The notes below the pieces were generated by a model. It saw nothing but the letters and a program-made list of their open reading frames with translations. It did no database searches and was not told the DNA's origin. Shown piece after piece: positions 59,671 through 60,439 of a stretch of DNA of 60,439 nt. This DNA comes from Candidatus Palauibacter denitrificans (GTDB taxonomy: Bacteria; Gemmatimonadota; Gemmatimonadetes; Palauibacterales; Palauibacteraceae): NCBI GenBank assembly GCA_009841015.1, contig VXMQ01000105.1, positions 1-60,439 on the forward strand. The letters are read 5' to 3'. The first letter of the stretch is position 1; the number at the start of each line of letters is the position of its first letter. The position numbers and the translations under genes are program-made.

Positions 59671-60439
59671 GTGACCGGAACGCTGTACGTAGTCGGCACG
59701 CCGATCGGCAATCTCGACGACATGCCGCGGCGGGCGGTTCGGCTTCTGCGTTCGGTCGACGTGTGCTATGCGGAAGACACGCGGCGCACGGGCAAGCTGC
59801 TCGCACGGCTGAAGGCGAACGTTCCGCTGCGGTCGTTGCACATGCACAATGAGCGCGCACGGGTGGACGAGTTGCTCGCCGCCCTCGCCCAGGGCCGCTC
59901 CGCGGCCCTCGTGTCCGATGCGGGCACGCCGACCGTGTCCGACCCGGGCTGCCGGGCGGTGGCCGCCGCCCGCGAGACGGGGCACGAGGTGCTTGCTGTC
60001 CCCGGTCCCTCCGCGGTGCTGGCGGCGCTCTCGGTGTCCGGCTTCCCCGCCGACCGGTTTCACTTTCTCGGATTCGTTCCCCGGCGGGGCCGCGAACGTT
60101 CCGTCTGGATCGACGATCTCCGCGCATGTGCGGACACCGCGGTCGCGTTCGAGGCGCCGGGGCGGCTGGTCGCACTTCTCGACGAGTTGACGCAAGCGGG
60201 TCTGGGTGAGCGGGCGGCCGTGGTCTGCCGGGAACTGACGAAACTGCACGAGGAAACCACGGCCGGATCCGTGCGCGAGTTGGCATCCGCGTTCGCATCG
60301 CGCGAGGTCAGGGGCGAGGTGACGATCGTCTTCGGGGGCCGTACGGCAGGCAACGAAGCGCCCGATCTGGCGGTCCTGATGGAGGAGGCGCGACATTGGT
60401 CGCGCGATGGCCTGCGGCGGCGCGAGATCGCCGACCGCC
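59671..60439 (+). CDS. rsmI: 16S rRNA (cytidine1402-2'-O)-methyltransferase (partial, runs off the window end)
   Basis: Not in the ORF track (no stop in the window). From GTG 59671 the frame reads VTGTLYVVGTPIGNLDDMPRRAV..CYAEDTRRTGKLL..SDAGTPTVSDPG..AVPGPSA..ELTKLHEE. Confidence 0.88.
   Translation, partial: MTGTLYVVGTPIGNLDDMPRRAVRLLRSVDVCYAEDTRRTGKLLARLKANVPLRSLHMHNERARVDELLAALAQGRSAALVSDAGTPTVSDPGCRAVAAARETGHEVLAVPGPSAVLAALSVSGFPADRFHFLGFVPRRGRERSVWIDDLRACADTAVAFEAPGRLVALLDELTQAGLGERAAVVCRELTKLHEETTAGSVRELASAFASREVRGEVTIVFGGRTAGNEAPDLAVLMEEARHWSRDGLRRREIADR

Overview
This is 60.4 kb of a very GC-rich bacterial chromosome. Third codon positions are almost all G/C, and every frame carries long spurious Arg/Pro/Gly-rich ORFs. 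I therefore made calls from recognisable protein-family motifs and start/stop geometry, not from ORF length. I call 57 protein-coding loci (2 partial at the window edges, 1 apparently frameshifted), one tRNA-Met(CAU), and a handful of hairpins and short repeats. The content is core housekeeping in classical blocks. On the plus strand: nnr-thiL-plsC-eno-ftsB; tRNA-thiI-uppS-cdsA-dxr-rseP; serS-histidine kinase-uvrD; murA-pgeF; rimP-nusA-L7Ae-infB-DUF503-rbfA-truB-ribF; rpsO-pnp-M16 peptidase-ald; mreBCD-mrdA-rodA-accD-folC-bacilliredoxin-hisS-guaA-nif3; clpB; trxA-rsmI. On the minus strand: manC-like/GlmU-like/MBL hydrolase; OPT-lipoprotein-mlaEFD. An Mla system plus several lipoproteins suggests a diderm. 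Composition and gene order are compatible with a Gemmatimonadota-like organism, but I cannot verify that without a search. I saw no mobile elements, CRISPR, prophage, toxin-antitoxin or recognisable defence genes. This looks like an ordinary core region, and I do not find a convincing novel multi-gene system. The observations most worth follow-up are these. (1) An L7Ae/YlxQ-like gene has its conserved N-terminus upstream of any ATG/GTG/TTG and probably starts at a CTG in a CTGA overlap with the nusA stop. (2) An ABC ATPase is split by a single-nucleotide frameshift and carries an unusual C-terminal membrane domain, next to a secreted beta-propeller. (3) The rpsO-pnp leader contains a 3 x 14-nt tandem repeat and a 22-nt all-purine tract. 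(4) A hairpin+T9 terminator/attenuator lies 36 nt upstream of rimP-nusA. (5) A tRNA gene ends 6 nt before the thiI start codon. (6) OPT-lipoprotein-MlaEFD form a translationally coupled five-gene unit.
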